Positions 38,549 through 53,769 of a stretch of 64,000 nt of DNA are shown here, in pieces (position 1 is the stretch's first letter; every line of letters starts with the position of its first letter). The stretch lies in assembly GCA_002269645.1 (NCBI GenBank), contig NIVC01001816.1, positions 1-64,000 on the forward strand, given 5' to 3'. Below the pieces are notes generated by a model. It was not told where the DNA came from, did no database searches, and saw only the letters and a list, made by a program, of their open reading frames with translations. The position numbers and the translations under genes are program-made. The DNA comes from Macrostomum lignano (lineage: Eukaryota).

Positions 38549-39751
38549 GTCCTGACGAAACGCAACAGCCGGCAACCCGAACCCATCCCAGGACCTGTGC
38601 TACATCGGGTTCAGCATAGCGAAGCTGTCAACCAGAGACGCACCGGACGCGTACGAACAGCTGGAGCTGGCATCCAGTTACTTCTGCTTGGCCGTGGAAC
38701 GGGTGACCCACAGCGAGCTGGCCGGTTCCGTGTGGGCCACCTTCATGGCGGCGGCGGAGCACCTGAGCATGGAAGACACCGCCAAAGACGCTATGCGGTC
38801 GGCGTTGGAGAGGGCGCCAGCAGATGTCAACGTTGTCCGCTGTGTACTGGCCTATGTGTCACACTACGTGCCGGCTATGGTGGGTGCTCTTGATATTGTT
38901 CCTAGTTTCCTAATCCTTTCTAGAAATATCACGTTTTCCTTGACATCCTGTGTTTTTCAGTTTATCCTATTTTTAGCTAATATCCCAGTTTCATAAATAT
39001 CCCCTTTTTTATAAATATCCCTTTTTTCACAGATATCCCATATTTTATAAATGTCACTTATTTCATAAATAACCCGTATCTCATAAATATCACATATTTC
39101 ATAAATACCACATATTTCATAAATACCCCATATTTCATAAGTATCATTTATTTCATAAATATACCATATTTAATAAATATCCCATATTTCATAAACATCC
39201 CATTTCCCACTACAGCAAAATAATCACTTGCAATTATTCCACAGGTGCCGCCAGGATTAACTATGCTTCGCGATCTGTTGCCCCCGGGAACCGCTGACTC
39301 AGATCCTCAGATTGGCCTAACCGAAGTAACCGAAGCTCTACTCTCCGGTGACTCAAACGTTGCCATAGCAACCGCTCTGCGGCTGACTCGCTGCTCAGCT
39401 GAGCAATCGCAAGCGGCTGGTTGGATAGCGGCTCTGCGCACTTTGGCGACGATGAAATTCGAGCACGGCTCGAAGCCAGTTTCGAGTTTGAAATCGTTGG
39501 GCTCTGTTGCACTTTTCGATCGATGCCTGCGCCAGCTGGACCGCATCAAAGTGCCAGCGGTTTCGGCAGGTTACTTGGGTCGCCAGTACCTGGACGAAGT
39601 GGCCGCTTGTCTGTCTGTCTCGCCTTTGCTAAAAGCTCTCTGTACTGGAAGTAACTTGAGGTCCGGAGTTCGAGTCTCGCTGAAGCATCTATGCGCGAGT
39701 TGGCCAAGCCATCCTGCTCTGTCGGACATTGTTGATGCTGTGCGGGTTTAA
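24803..39751 (+). CDS. TTC37: Superkiller complex protein 3 (TPR protein); exons 24803-25038, 26332-~26590/26602, 27559-27914, 28678-29423, 31362-31746, 32298-32465, 33202-33556, 35716-35939, 36233-36511, 37353-37799, 38592-38879, 39245-39751
   Basis: N-terminus [11 protein letters not shown]...[11 protein letters not shown]...QLLGWKA resembles TTC37/Ski3; TPR repeats throughout; exon phases join consistently. Confidence 0.85.
25245..25480 (+). repeat. 66-bp tandem repeat in TTC37 intron 1
   Basis: About 3.5 units cagccagtctatgtacacacgccactgataaaacccccacccc... Confidence 0.9.
26830..27235 (-). repeat. Inverted copy of the 66-bp repeat in TTC37 intron 2
   Basis: ggggtgggggttttatcagtggcgtgtgtacatagactggctgaaaaggg is the reverse complement of the intron 1 unit. 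Confidence 0.88.
27990..28510. repeat. ~23-bp minisatellite (ggctgggattcccctcattata) in TTC37 intron 3
   Basis: Visible array. Confidence 0.92.
29480..29690 (+). mobile_element. Copy of SINE family 2 in TTC37 intron 4
   Basis: ccccaaggcacagagactgtacatgcc...gggccgctgtacaccctgtgtgag matches the reverse complement of 62730-62820. Confidence 0.7.
29700..31300. repeat. ~31-36-bp minisatellite (ttagcgccaattaagcgccacagacaaagagg)
   Basis: Visible array. Confidence 0.95.
31760..32200. repeat. ~30-bp purine-rich repeat in TTC37 intron 5
   Basis: ggataatatatatgggaagaatgggagtg units. Confidence 0.85.
32530..33150. repeat. 14-bp minisatellite (cacacccattcccc)
   Basis: Visible array. Confidence 0.95.
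33590..35660. repeat. 21-bp minisatellite (aaactgcagtctgtagcctat-) with higher-order structure
   Basis: Visible array; variant blocks recur at ~34380 and ~35030. Confidence 0.96.
35950..36215. repeat. (ctaa)n microsatellite
   Basis: Visible. Confidence 0.95.
36760..37290. repeat. 15-bp minisatellite (cctcacccataaact)
   Basis: Visible. Confidence 0.95.
37810..38550. repeat. (ctgt)n microsatellite
   Basis: Visible; source of the CLSV/TDRQ pseudo-ORFs. Confidence 0.97.
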
Positions 39752-40069
39752 GAAACATAAAAAAACATTTCTTTACTTTGTTTTACTAATTTTTCCGGTC
39801 TAGCTACCTTGTGAGGTAAAATTATTCGATAAATAGTAAATAAACCCGTTCATTCGGTTTTTACGAGTGTTATTTGTTAGCTGTAATAGTTTGGATTTAT
39901 CATTAGTAAATTTTCTTAAATCTATAATTGCTCTTTATTATTAACATAGTAAACTAGTTATTTGTCTAATTTATAAGACTGTCTAATAGCCGGCCCTGTC
40001 AGCTCACTGCCTACAAACCCCTATTCTCATTATCAATACGTATTATTCACCTCGTTGCTTCCTTCATCA

Positions 40070-40575
40070 CCTATGTAACTACCCCATCACCTCACTGTCT
40101 ACCCCATCACCTCACTGTCTACCCCATCACCTCACTGTCTACCCCATCACCTCACTATCTACCCCATCACCTCAATATCTACCCCATCACCTCAATATCT
40201 ACTCCATCGCTTCACTGTCCACCCCATCACCTCACTATCTACCCCATCACCTCAATATCTACCCCATCGCTTCACTGTCCGCCCCATCACTTCACTGTCT
40301 ACCCCATCACCTCATCATCTACCCCATCACCTCATCATCTACCCCATCACCTCACTATCTACCCCATCACCTCACTGTCTACCCCATCACCTCACTGTCT
40401 ACCCCATCACCTCACTGTCTACCCCATCGCTTTACTGTCTACCCCATCACTTCACTGTCTACCCCATCACCTCAATATCTACCCCATCACTTCACTGTCT
40501 ACCCCATCACCTCAATATCTACCCCATCACTTCACTGTCTACCCCATCACCTTACTGTCTACCCCATCACTTCAT
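40070..40575. repeat. 20-bp minisatellite (accccatcacctcactgtct)
   Basis: Visible; the longer copy is at 46175-46865. Confidence 0.95.
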
Positions 40576-40589
40576 GGGCCTATGTAAAC

Positions 40590-42146
40590 TAACGTAGCCT
40601 ATGTAAACTAATCTGTATAAACTGTAGTCTGTAGCCTATCTAAACTGCAGTCTGTAGCCTATGTAAACTGCAGTCTGTAGCCTATATAAACTGCAGTCTG
40701 TAGCCTATGTAAACTGCAGTCTATAGCCTATATAATCTGCAGTCTGTAGCCTATGTAAACTGCAGTCTGTAGCCTATGTAAACTGCAGTCTGTAGCCTAT
40801 GTAAACTGTAGTCTGTAGCCTATGTAAACTGTAGTCTGTAGCCTATGTAAACTGTAGTCTGTAGCCTATGTAAACTGCAGTCTGTAGCCTATATAACTGC
40901 AGTCTGTAGCCTATGTAAACTGCAGTCTGTAGCCTATGTAAACTGCAGTCTGTAGCCTATGTAAACTGCAGTCTGTAGCCCATGTAAACTGCAGTCTGTA
41001 GCCTATGTAAACTGCAGTCTGTAGCCTATGTAAACTGTAGTCTGTAGCCTATATAAACTGCAGTCTGTAGCCTATAAAACTGCAGTCTGTAGCCTATATA
41101 ACTGCAGTCTGCAGCCTATATAAACTGCAGTCTGTAGCCTATGTAAACTAATCTGTATAAACTGTAGTCTGTAGCCTATCTAAACTGCAGTCTGTAGCCT
41201 ATGTAAACTGCAGTCTGTAGCCTATATAAACTGCAGTCTGTAGCCTATGTAAACTGCAGTCTGTAGCCTATATAAACTGCAGTCTGTAGCCTATGTAAAC
41301 TGCAGTCTGTAGCCTATGTAAACTGCAGTCTGTAGCCTATGTAAACTGTAGTCTGTAGCCTATGTAAACTGTAGTCTGTAGCCTATGTAAACTGTAGTCT
41401 GTAGCCTATGTAAACTGTAGTCTGTAGCCTATATAAACTGCAGTCTGTAGCCTATGTAAACTGCAGTCTGTAGCTTATGTAAACTGCAGTCTGTAGCCTA
41501 TGTAAACTAATCTGTATAAACTGTAGTCTGTAGCCTATCTAAACTGTAGTCTGTAGCCTATATAAACTGCAGTCTGTAGCCTATGTAAACTGTAGTCTGT
41601 AGCCTATGTAAACTGTAGTCTGTAGCCTATCTAAACTGTAGTCTGTAGCCTATATAAACTGCAGTCTGTAGCCTATGTAAACTGCAGTCTGTAGCCTATG
41701 TAAACTGCAGTCTGTAGCCCATGTAAACTGCAGTCTGTAGCCTATATAAACTGAAGTCTGTTGCCTATATAAACTGTCTATAAGCCTGAAAAAACCTTTA
41801 AACTTATCAAGCTTCATCTCTATCGCAGGCCAAAGCTCAGCTGGCGGTAGTCTATTAGAATCCAATGCGCGACTCGACTGCGCACTTGTACTCTTGCGCG
41901 TCTTTCGCGTGTCCGCCGAGACGGCGACGGAAGCCTCCAGATCTGGCGGCAGAGAGTCTGAAGTGTTGAATAGCGCAACGGAACACTGCCTGTGCTCGTT
42001 GAAACTGAGGCCTGATCGACCGGATGTTTGGTACATCATGGGCTTGATTGAGGTGAGCTAGTGAATACTAACTAGCTAACTAGCTAGTTAACTAACTAAC
42101 TAACTAACTAACTAGCTAACCAACTAACTGGCTGACTAACTAACTG

Positions 42147-42189
<43 letters not shown>

Positions 42190-43926
42190 GAGTAACTGAC
42201 TAACTAACTAACTAACTAATTAACTAACTAACTAACTAACTAACTAACTGACCAACTAACTAACTAACAAACAAACAAACTAACTAACTAACTAACTAAC
42301 TAACAAAAAAACTAACTAACTAACCAACCAAATACCCCCATTCAGACTCACAGAGAGAACCGGGCCTTGGCGCAGCACTGCTTCATCAAATCGCTGCAGC
42401 TGGACCCCGGCCAAGCCGATGTGTGGACCGCACTCGGCCTGTTCTACTGCCAGCTGTACAAACTGGAGCACGGCGCCGCCTGCTTCAACAAGGCGGTAGA
42501 CGCGGATCCGACCTCGTCGGCAGCCTGGGCCGGATGCGCCGTGGCCGCGCGCCTGGACGGCAGGGCGGACCAGACCCGGGATCTGCTGCGGCACGCGTGC
42601 AGCCTGGCTAATCCGCCATTAGAAGTGAGCGAATTGGCTTTTGTGTAACACCCTAATCCTGCACCCTAATATCGAAGTAGCCTCTCTTTAATCTTTAAAT
42701 CTATCAAAGTAAAGTCGGTCTCTCCCTTTAGACTACGATATCATAAAACCTTTGCCACAATAAAATTCATTACCTTACTACTATAATATTTCCACGCTAA
42801 AATATCACTCATATAAACTTAAATCCAAGAAACTCTTCTCTTAATAAACGTCGACCTAGGCTCCGTCACCGTAAACTCATCAACTCATAAACTCCTCACT
42901 TTAATAAACTCCTCACCCATAAACTCCTCACCCATAAACTCCTCACCCATAAACTCCTCACCCATAAACTCCTCACCCATAAACTCACCACCCATAAACA
43001 CATCACCCATAAACTCCTCACCCATAAACTCCTCACCCATAAACTCCTCACCCATAAACTCCTCACCCATAAACTCCTCACCCATAAACTCCTCACCCAT
43101 AAACTCACCACCCCATAAACTCCTCACCTCATAAACTCCTCACCCATAAACTCCTCAACCATAAACTCCTCACCCATAAACTCCTCACCCATAAACTCCT
43201 CACCCAAAAATTCACCACCCATAAACTCCTCACCCATAAACTCACCACCCCATAAACTCCTCACCTCATAAACTCCTCACCCATAAACTCCTCACCCATA
43301 AACTCCTCACCCATAAACTCCTCACCCATAAACTCACCACCCCATAAACTCGCCACCCAATAAACTCATAAAAATTTCCCCAACCCATAAACTCCCACTC
43401 CGCACATGCTCAATATCCAACTGCCGATATGTATCGAAAAAACGAATCCATAAAACTTTCTCAAGGCCCTACGCGGTTTCGTTCGCTGCGTCGCTCTGGA
43501 AATCACTGGGCGCGAAGAATTGCCAACTGAAAACTCCCGACTAGCCGCCGACTTCATTGACGCCCTGAGTAGGCTGGCCGTTCCAGCGTCCGAGTCTGCT
43601 CAGCCTCTGGCCCAGACCCCCCGTGATCGCCTGGCCCTGCTCAACCACCGGCTATTGTGCCTGGAACGTCTCGGCCTGATGAAAGAGGCTGCCAATACCG
43701 CTTTGGACTTGTTCAGCCTCGCTTTGGATGACATGCGGCTTGCCGAGGGCGCGGCCGAAGCTGCCGCCGCCGCTCCTCCGGAGTCTTCGTTGGAGCTGCG
43801 AGCCACCGTGTCCAACTGCTTGAGGTGCCTCAGCCTGGCTGGTCGGTACGAGGAGGTGGCGGCCAATGCTGACTACCTGCGGGACTGCCTGGGCAGCGAT
43901 CTTTCTGCTCAGGTGAGAGGCGGAGC

Positions 43927-43970
<44 letters not shown>

Positions 43971-43972
43971 AT

Positions 43973-44015
<43 letters not shown>

Positions 44016-44024
44016 TTCTGTCAT

Positions 44025-44105
<81 letters not shown>

Positions 44106-44170
44106 TTGTCTGTGTGTCTGTCTGTCTGTCTGTTTGTCTGTGTGTCTGTCTGTCTGTCTGTCTGTCTGTG

Positions 44171-44229
<59 letters not shown>

Positions 44230-44238
44230 TTGTCTGTG

Positions 44239-44269
<31 letters not shown>

Positions 44270-44270
44270 G

Positions 44271-44306
<36 letters not shown>

Positions 44307-44366
44307 ATTCTGTCTGTCTGTCTGTCTGTCTTTCTGTCATTCTGTCTGTCTGTCTGTCTGTCTGTG

Positions 44367-44397
<31 letters not shown>

Positions 44398-44490
44398 TTG
44401 TCTGTGTGTCTGTCTGTCTGTCTGTTTGTCTGTGTGTCTGTCTGTCTGTCTGTTTGTCTGTGTGTCTGTCTGTCTGTCTGTTTGTCTGTG

Positions 44491-44545
<55 letters not shown>

Positions 44546-44546
44546 G

Positions 44547-44609
<63 letters not shown>

Positions 44610-44610
44610 G

Positions 44611-44641
<31 letters not shown>

Positions 44642-46680
44642 GTCCTGACGAAACGCAACAGCCGGCAACCCGAACCCATCCCAGGACCTGTGCTACATCG
44701 GGTTCAGCATAGCGAAGCTGTCAACCAGAGACGCACCGGACGCGTACGAACAGCTGGAGCTGGCATCCAGTTACTTCTGCTTGGCCGTGGAACGGGTGAC
44801 CCACAGCGAGCTGGCCGGTTCCGTGTGGGCCACCTTCATGGCGGCGGCGGAGCACCTGAGCATGGAAGACACCGCCAAAGACGCTATGCGGTCGGCGTTG
44901 GAGAGGGCGCCAGCAGATGTCAACGTTGTCCGCTGTGTACTGGCCTATGTGTCACACTACGTGCCGGCTATGGTGGGTGCTCTTGATATTGTTCCTAGTT
45001 TCCTAATCCTTTCTAGAAATATCACGTTTTCCTTGACATCCTGTGTTTTTCAGTTTATCCTATTTTTAGCTAATATCCCAGTTTCATAAATATCCCCTTT
45101 TTTATAAATATCCCTTTTTTTCACAGATATCCCATATTTTATAAATGTCACTTATTTCATAAATAACCCGTATCTCATAAATATCACATATTTCATAAAT
45201 ACCACATATTTCATAAATACCCCATATTTCATAAGTATCATTTATTTCATAAATATACCATATTTAATAAATATCCCATATTTCATAAACATCCCATTTC
45301 CCACTACAGCAAAATAATCACTTGCAATTATTCCACAGGTGCCGCCAGGATTAACTATGCTTCGCGATCTGTTGCCCCCGGGAACCGCTGACTCAGATCC
45401 TCAGATTGGCCTAACCGAAGTAACCGAAGCTCTACTCTCCGGTGACTCAAACGTTGCCATAGCAACCGCTCTGCGGCTGACTCGCTGCTCAGCTGAGCAA
45501 TCGCAAGCGGCTGGTTGGATAGCGGCTCTGCGCACTTTGGCGACGATGAAATTCGAGCACGGCTCGAAGCCAGTTTCGAGTTTGAAATCGTTGGGCTCTG
45601 TTGCACTTTTCGATCGATGCCTGCGCCAGCTGGACCGCATCAAAGTGCCAGCGGTTTCGGCAGGTTACTTGGGTCGCCAGTACCTGGACGAAGTGGCCGC
45701 TTGTCTGTCTGTCTCGCCTTTGCTAAAAGCTCTCTGTACTGGAAGTAACTTGAGGTCCGGAGTTCGAGTCTCGCTGAAGCATCTATGCGCGAGTTGGCCA
45801 AGCCATCCTGCTCTGTCGGACATTGTTGATGCTGTGCGGGTTTAAGAAACATAAAAAAACATTTCTTTACTTTGTTTTACTAATTTTTCCGGTCTAGCTA
45901 CCTTGTGAGGTAAAATTATTCGATAAATAGTAAATAAACCCGTTCATTCGGTTTTTACGAGTGTTATTTGTTAGCTGTAATAGTTTGGATTTATCATTAG
46001 TAAATTTTCTTAAATCTATAATTGCTCTTTATTATTAACATAGTAAACTAGTTATTTGTCTAATTTATAAGACTGTCTAATAGCCGGCCCTGTCAGCTCA
46101 CTGCCTACAAACCCCTATTCTCATTATCAATACGTATTATTCACCTCGTTGCTTCCTTCATCACCTATGTAACTACCCCATCACCTCACTGTCTACCCCA
46201 TCACCTCACTGTCTACCCCATCACCTCACTGTCTACCCCATCACCTCACTATCTACCCCATCACCTCAATATCTACCCCATCACCTCAATATCTACTCCA
46301 TCGCTTCACTGTCCACCCCATCACCTCACTATCTACCCCATCACCTCAATATCTACCCCATCGCTTCACTGTCCGCCCCATCACTTCACTGTCTACCCCA
46401 TCACCTCATCATCTACCCCATCACCTCATCATCTACCCCATCACCTCACTATCTACCCCATCACCTCACTGTCTACCCCATCACCTCACTGTCTACCCCA
46501 TCACCTCACTGTCTACCCCATCGCTTTACTGTCTACCCCATCACTTCACTGTCTACCCCATCACCTCAATATCTACCCCATCACTTCACTGTCTACCCCA
46601 TCACCTCAATATCTACCCCATCACTTCACTGTCTACCCCATCACCTTACTGTCTACCCCATCACTTCACTGTCTACCCCA
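40590..46680 (+). repeat. Tandem duplicate of ~34375-40574 containing TTC37 exons 8-12
   Basis: ORFs repeat at offsets 6113 and 6093-6094; coding exons appear identical; differences seen mainly in repeat tracts and a homopolymer. Confidence 0.95.
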
Positions 46681-46900
46681 TCACCTCAATATCTACCCCA
46701 TCACTTCACTGTCTACCCCATCACCTCAATATCTACCCCATCACTTCACTGTCTACCCCATCACCTCACTGTCTACCCCATCACCTCACTGTCTACCCCA
46801 TCGCTTCACTGTCTACCCCATCACCTCACTGTCTACCCCATCGCTTCACTATCTACTCCATCACCTAATTTCCCAATTGATGAATCCGCACTAATCAGTC

Positions 46901-48765
<1,865 letters not shown>

Positions 48766-49229
48766 ATTATATTTAGAGGTTTGGCCATAGACAATTAATT
48801 AATAATAAAATCCAAGATAGTTCACGAAACAAAAAAACTCGTTGAAGCTACTATTTTGCTAGTAGTGTGAACGAGTTTAATTATTTGGTTTTATAATCAA
48901 TCAAAGAAAAAAGTTCATAGTTGAAACGCTATTAAGAATTTTTTGCTATAATCTATTAATTTTGAATTCGATTTTAATACACTCGCAACAGCGTTCCCTT
49001 GACTCTAATCGATGTGCTTAATGATTGTATCGATATTCCTTTGAAGCATTGTATTTTTGTCATTTTCAACCGCTAGAACCCATTACTGCGGCTCAAGTGT
49101 AAAAATGGCTTGTAGTACTTGAATAGAAAGCTGCTATATTTATTGTTCTAAAAACGCTTAAATTGTGTTTTAGTTTTTTCATCAAATCTTGTTTGCATAC
49201 AATATAGTCCTAAAAACTATTTCATACCT

Positions 49230-49855
49230 GACTCACCACTCTGACCCACCAATCGCTGACCCACTGACTCAGCCCGCTGAACAACCAATCGCTGACTCAC
49301 CCCGTTGACCCACTAATCATTGACCCACCAATCCCTGAACACCACACTGACCCACCAATCGCTGACTCACCGCGCTGACCCAACAATCGCTGACCCACCA
49401 ATTGCTGACTCATCACACTGACCCACCAATCAGTGACTCACAAATCACTGACCCACCAATCACTGACTCACCAATCACTGACTCACCAATCACTGACTCA
49501 CCAATCACTGACTCACCACACTGACCCACCAATCACTGACTCACCACACTGACCCACCAATCACTGACTCACCAATCACTGACTCACCACACTGACCCAC
49601 CAATCACTGACTCACAAATCACTAACCCACCATTCGCTGACCCACCAATCACTGACTCACCACACTGACCCACCAATAACTGACTTACCAATAACTGACT
49701 CACCAATCACTGACTCACCAATCACTGACTCACCAATCACTGACTCACCAATCACTGACTCACCAATCACTGACTCACCAATCGCTGACCCACCAATCAC
49801 TGACTCACCAATCGCTGACCCACCAATCACTGACTCACCACACTGACCCACTAAC
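49230..49855. repeat. ~15-bp minisatellite (ccaatcactgactca)
   Basis: Visible array upstream of PLCXD-A. Confidence 0.92.
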
Positions 49856-49857
49856 CA

Positions 49858-51751
49858 TTGATCGGTCAATCGTCTATTTTCCTGTCTCGACGATCCTCAT
49901 CAAGAGCATCAGAAGCTGCCGGCGCCACCGCCGCTGCAGCTCCAGACGGTGCCGTGGTCCCAAATTTCGACCCCGCCAACTGGATGTCCCAGCTTCCACC
50001 AGCTGTTGCTGCGATGCCGCTGTGCCAGCTGGCTCTGCCTGGCTCTCACGACAGCTTCGCTTCGAGCTTCGATCTCAACCGGTCTTTGGGCCCGGACTCA
50101 CCCGAGCTGCTGCTGGCTTTGTTGAATAATCGGCTGGGCAGACGGCTGGTACTGCGCTGGTCCAAGACTCAATCGTTAAGTCTGCTACGTCAGCTGGAGT
50201 CGGGGATTCGATACCTGGACCTTCGGGTCGCGCTGATCAAGGGCCAGTTCTATTTGCTGCACTCTTTGGTTGCCATTAGCGTGCCGGATGCGCTGGATGA
50301 GGTGAGCGACTGGGCCATAGACAGTCACTCTCCGATTCACTAAGTCACTATCTGATTCACTCAGTCACTCCCTGACTCACTCAGTCACTCCCTGATTCAC
50401 TGAGTCACTCTCCAATTCACTCAGTCACTCCCTGATTCACTGAGTCACTCCCTGATTCACTGAGTCACTCTCCGATTCACTAAGTCACTCTCTGACTCAC
50501 CCAGTCACTCTCTGATTCACTCAGTCACTCCCTGATTCACTGAGTCACTCCCTGATTCACTGAGTCACTCTCCGATTCACTAAGTCACTCTCTGACTCAC
50601 CCAGTCACTCTCTGATTCACTCAGTCACTCGCTGATTCACTCAGTCACTCGCTGATTCACTCAGTCACTCGCTGATTCACTCAGTCACTCGCTGATTCAC
50701 TCAGTCACTCTCTGATTTACTCAGTCACTCTCTGATTTACTCAGTCACTCCCTGATTCACTCAGTCACTCTCCAATTCACTGAGTCACTCCCTGATTCAC
50801 TGAGTCACTCCCTGATTCACTGAGTCACTCTCCGATTCACTAAGTCACTCTCTGACTCACTCAGTCACTCTCTGATTCACTCAGTCACTCCCTGATTCAC
50901 TCAGTCACTCCCTGATTTACTGAGTCACTCTCCGATTCACTCAGTCACTCTCTGACTCACTCAGTCACTCTCTGATTCACTCAGTCACTCGCTGATTCAC
51001 TCAGTCACTCGCTGATTCACTCAGTCACTCGCTGATTCACTCAGTCACTCTTTGATTTACTCAGTCACTCCCTGATTCACTCAGTCACTCTCTGATTTAC
51101 TTAGTCACTCCCTCATTCACTCGCCGCATTCAGACCAGTCCGCCATAATTCCAATTTCACTAATTCATTTCGTTCACCCAGGTGGCCACCTTCGTGGCGG
51201 CGCACCCCGCCGAGGCGGTGCTGCTGGACTTCAACCATTTCTACAGCATGGACAGCCTGTCGGACATGCGGGCCTTCCAGCAGCTGCTCATCTCCAAGCT
51301 GGGCCGCCGCCTCAGCCCGCCAGCCTCCGAGGTGCCGAGCCTGGCCCAGCTGCGCTCCCAGAACCAGTCGGTGCTGGCATTTCAGGCCTCCCAGTTCGAC
51401 CGCAGCGAACTGCCAGCCCTGTGGGAGAGCGGCACCTGGATGCCCAGTCCGTGGCCCAACACCACCGACATTGGCGAGATGGTGGCGGCTCTGGACCGCA
51501 CCTACTCCATGCCGCATGGCAACCACTTTCTGGTGCTGCAGGCTGTGCTCACGCCAGATGCCGGCTTCATCCTGCGGCATCCCCTGAGCAGCTTGCGCAA
51601 TTCCCTCAGCCTGCCCGGCAACCGGGCCTTCGTGAGCTGGCTGCGACAGGGCAAGAAGGCGCTCGGCTGCCAAGGCGTGAACGTGGCCATCACCGACTTT
51701 GTGGAGGACAGCGACTTCGTGCAGGCGGTTGCCGGGCTCAACTTCCAGTGA
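49858..51751 (+). CDS. PLCXD: PI-PLC X-domain protein, paralog A; exons ~49858/49984-50301 and 51182-51751, start uncertain
   Basis: NWMSQLP...LALPGSHDS, QLESGIRYLDLRV, VLLDFNHFY, VAITDFVE. Confidence 0.88.
50330..51120. repeat. 20-bp minisatellite (tgattcactcagtcactc..) filling the PLCXD-A intron
   Basis: Visible. Confidence 0.95.
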
Positions 51752-51829
51752 TGACGCGGAGAGTCTGGATTTGAGAGGGAGTTACTGGGATGGTCCTGAT
51801 TTTTCGGATTTGGGATATCTGGTTTGTGG

Positions 51830-52230
51830 TGGCACCTGGGATCGTGGGATCAGTGATTTGCAACACCTGGGATTTTGGGCATGTGATTTGCAACACCTGG
51901 GATTTGGGGATCTGTGATTTGCAGCACCTTGGATTTTGAGATCTGTGAGCTGCAATACCTGGGATTTTAAGATCTGTGAGCTGCAACACCTGGGATTTTG
52001 AGATCTGTGAGCTGCAATACCTGGAATTTTGGGATCTGTGATTTGCAATACCTGGGATTTTGGGATCTGTGATTTGCAATACCTGGGATTTTGGGATCTG
52101 TGATTTGCAACACCTGGGATTTTGATCTGTGATTTGCAGCACGTGGGATTTTAAGATCTGTGAGTTGCAGCACCTGCGATTTGAGGATCTGAGATTGCAA
52201 CGCCAGGGATTTTGAGTTCTGTGATTTGCA
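51830..52230. repeat. ~29-bp repeat (gggatctgtgatttgcaacacctgggatttt), also at 56690-56970
   Basis: Visible in the 3' flank of both PLCXD copies. Confidence 0.9.
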
Positions 52231-52699
52231 GGCGTTTTTTATCGCTAAATAAAACTCACAATATAAACGCACGCCTTTTTAATCATATATCAAGTGACCA
52301 TTCAAATACGATTCTCCACTTATTAGAGCTAATATTTGAAGTAATTTATTACTTGATTTGATTTTAAGCTGTGTCCCATTGTTCTAATCACGTTTTGTGG
52401 TTTAGATTTTTGTTACCGTGAGTAAAACCAAGTTTAATCGATTTGAACAAGTGTTATTGCACATATAGACCCTGACTGTAACATTCTTTCCGATGTCTGT
52501 GCTAAACCCGTCTTTCGTCTGTGATGTTTGAAATCTGATTAAAATACAATAAATAATTCTGTGCCTTTGATTATTAATCAATAATTATGACAAGTATTTT
52601 TTTTCTAAAATACAAACTAATTTGTGTCAATTTTATATCTTTAATTCTGCAGAATCTAAGTAACATTATAGTTCTAATGCTAGTAATTTTGTGCCTGAG

Positions 52700-53700
52700 A
52701 ATGGGTTCAGTAATTGTGTCTTGGAGGGTTCAGCAATTGTGTCTCAGAGGGTTCAGCAAATGTGTCTTGGAGGGTTCAGCAGTTGTGTCTCAGAGGGTTC
52801 AGCAATTGTGTCTTGGAGGGTTCAGCAGTTGTGTCTTGGAGGGTTCAGCAATTGTGTCTTGGAGGGTTCAGCAGTTGTTTCTCGGAGGGTTCAGCAGTTG
52901 TGTCTTGGAGGGTTCAGCAATTGTGTCTCAGAGGGTTCAGCAAATGTGTCTTGGAGGGTTCAGCAATTGTGTCTCAGAGGGTTCAGCAAATGTGTCTTGG
53001 AGGGTTCAGCAATTGTGTCTCAGAGGGTTCAGCAATTGTGTCTTGGAGGGTTCAGCAATTGTGTCTCAGAGGGTTCAGCAAATGTGTCTTGGAGGGTTCA
53101 GCAGTTGTGTCTCAGAGGGTTCAGCAATTGTGTCTTGGAGGGTTCAGCAATTGTGTCTCAGAGGGTTCAGCAAATGTGTCTTGGAGGGTTCAGCAATTGT
53201 GTCTTGGAGGGTTCAGCAGTTGTGTCTTGGAGGGTTCAGCAGTTGTGTCTTGGAGGGTTCAGCAGTTGTTTCTCGGAGGGTTCAGCAGTTGTGTCTTGGA
53301 GGGTTCAGCAATTGTGTCTTGGAGGGTTCAGCAGTTGTGTCTTGGAGGGTTCAGCAATTGTGTCTTGGAGGGTTCAGCAATTGTGTCTTGAATGGTTCAG
53401 CAATTGTGTCTTGAATGGTTCAGCAGTTGTGTCTTGGAGGGTTCAGCAATTGTGTCTCAGAGGGTTCAGCAAATGTGTCTTGGAGGGTTCAGCAATTGTG
53501 TCTTGGAGGGTTCAGCAGTTGTGTCTTGGAGGGTTCAGCTTGTGTGTCTTGGAGGGTTCAGCAATTGTGTCTTGGATGGTTCAGCAAATGTGTCTTGAAT
53601 GGTTCAGCAGTTGTGTCTTGGAGGGTTCAGCAATTGTGTCTTGGATGGTTCAGCAAATGTGTCTTGAATGGTTCAGCAGTTGTGTCTTGGAGGGTTCACC
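52700..53700. repeat. 23-bp minisatellite (agggttcagcaattgtgtcttgg)
   Basis: Visible. Confidence 0.96.
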
Positions 53701-53769
53701 TGTGGTATCCACTACACCGACCGCAACGCAATCCCATGCATGTCTTTGCAGCAGCCGTCAGCTGACACC

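Noticed and set aside
37407-44986. Long CLSV/TDRQ ORFs (up to 488 aa) and similar ORFs at 2700-4159, 32470-33060, 52587-53773, 57657-59312, 60635-61136
   Set aside because: Stop-free translations of micro- and minisatellites lying in introns defined by clear splice sites.
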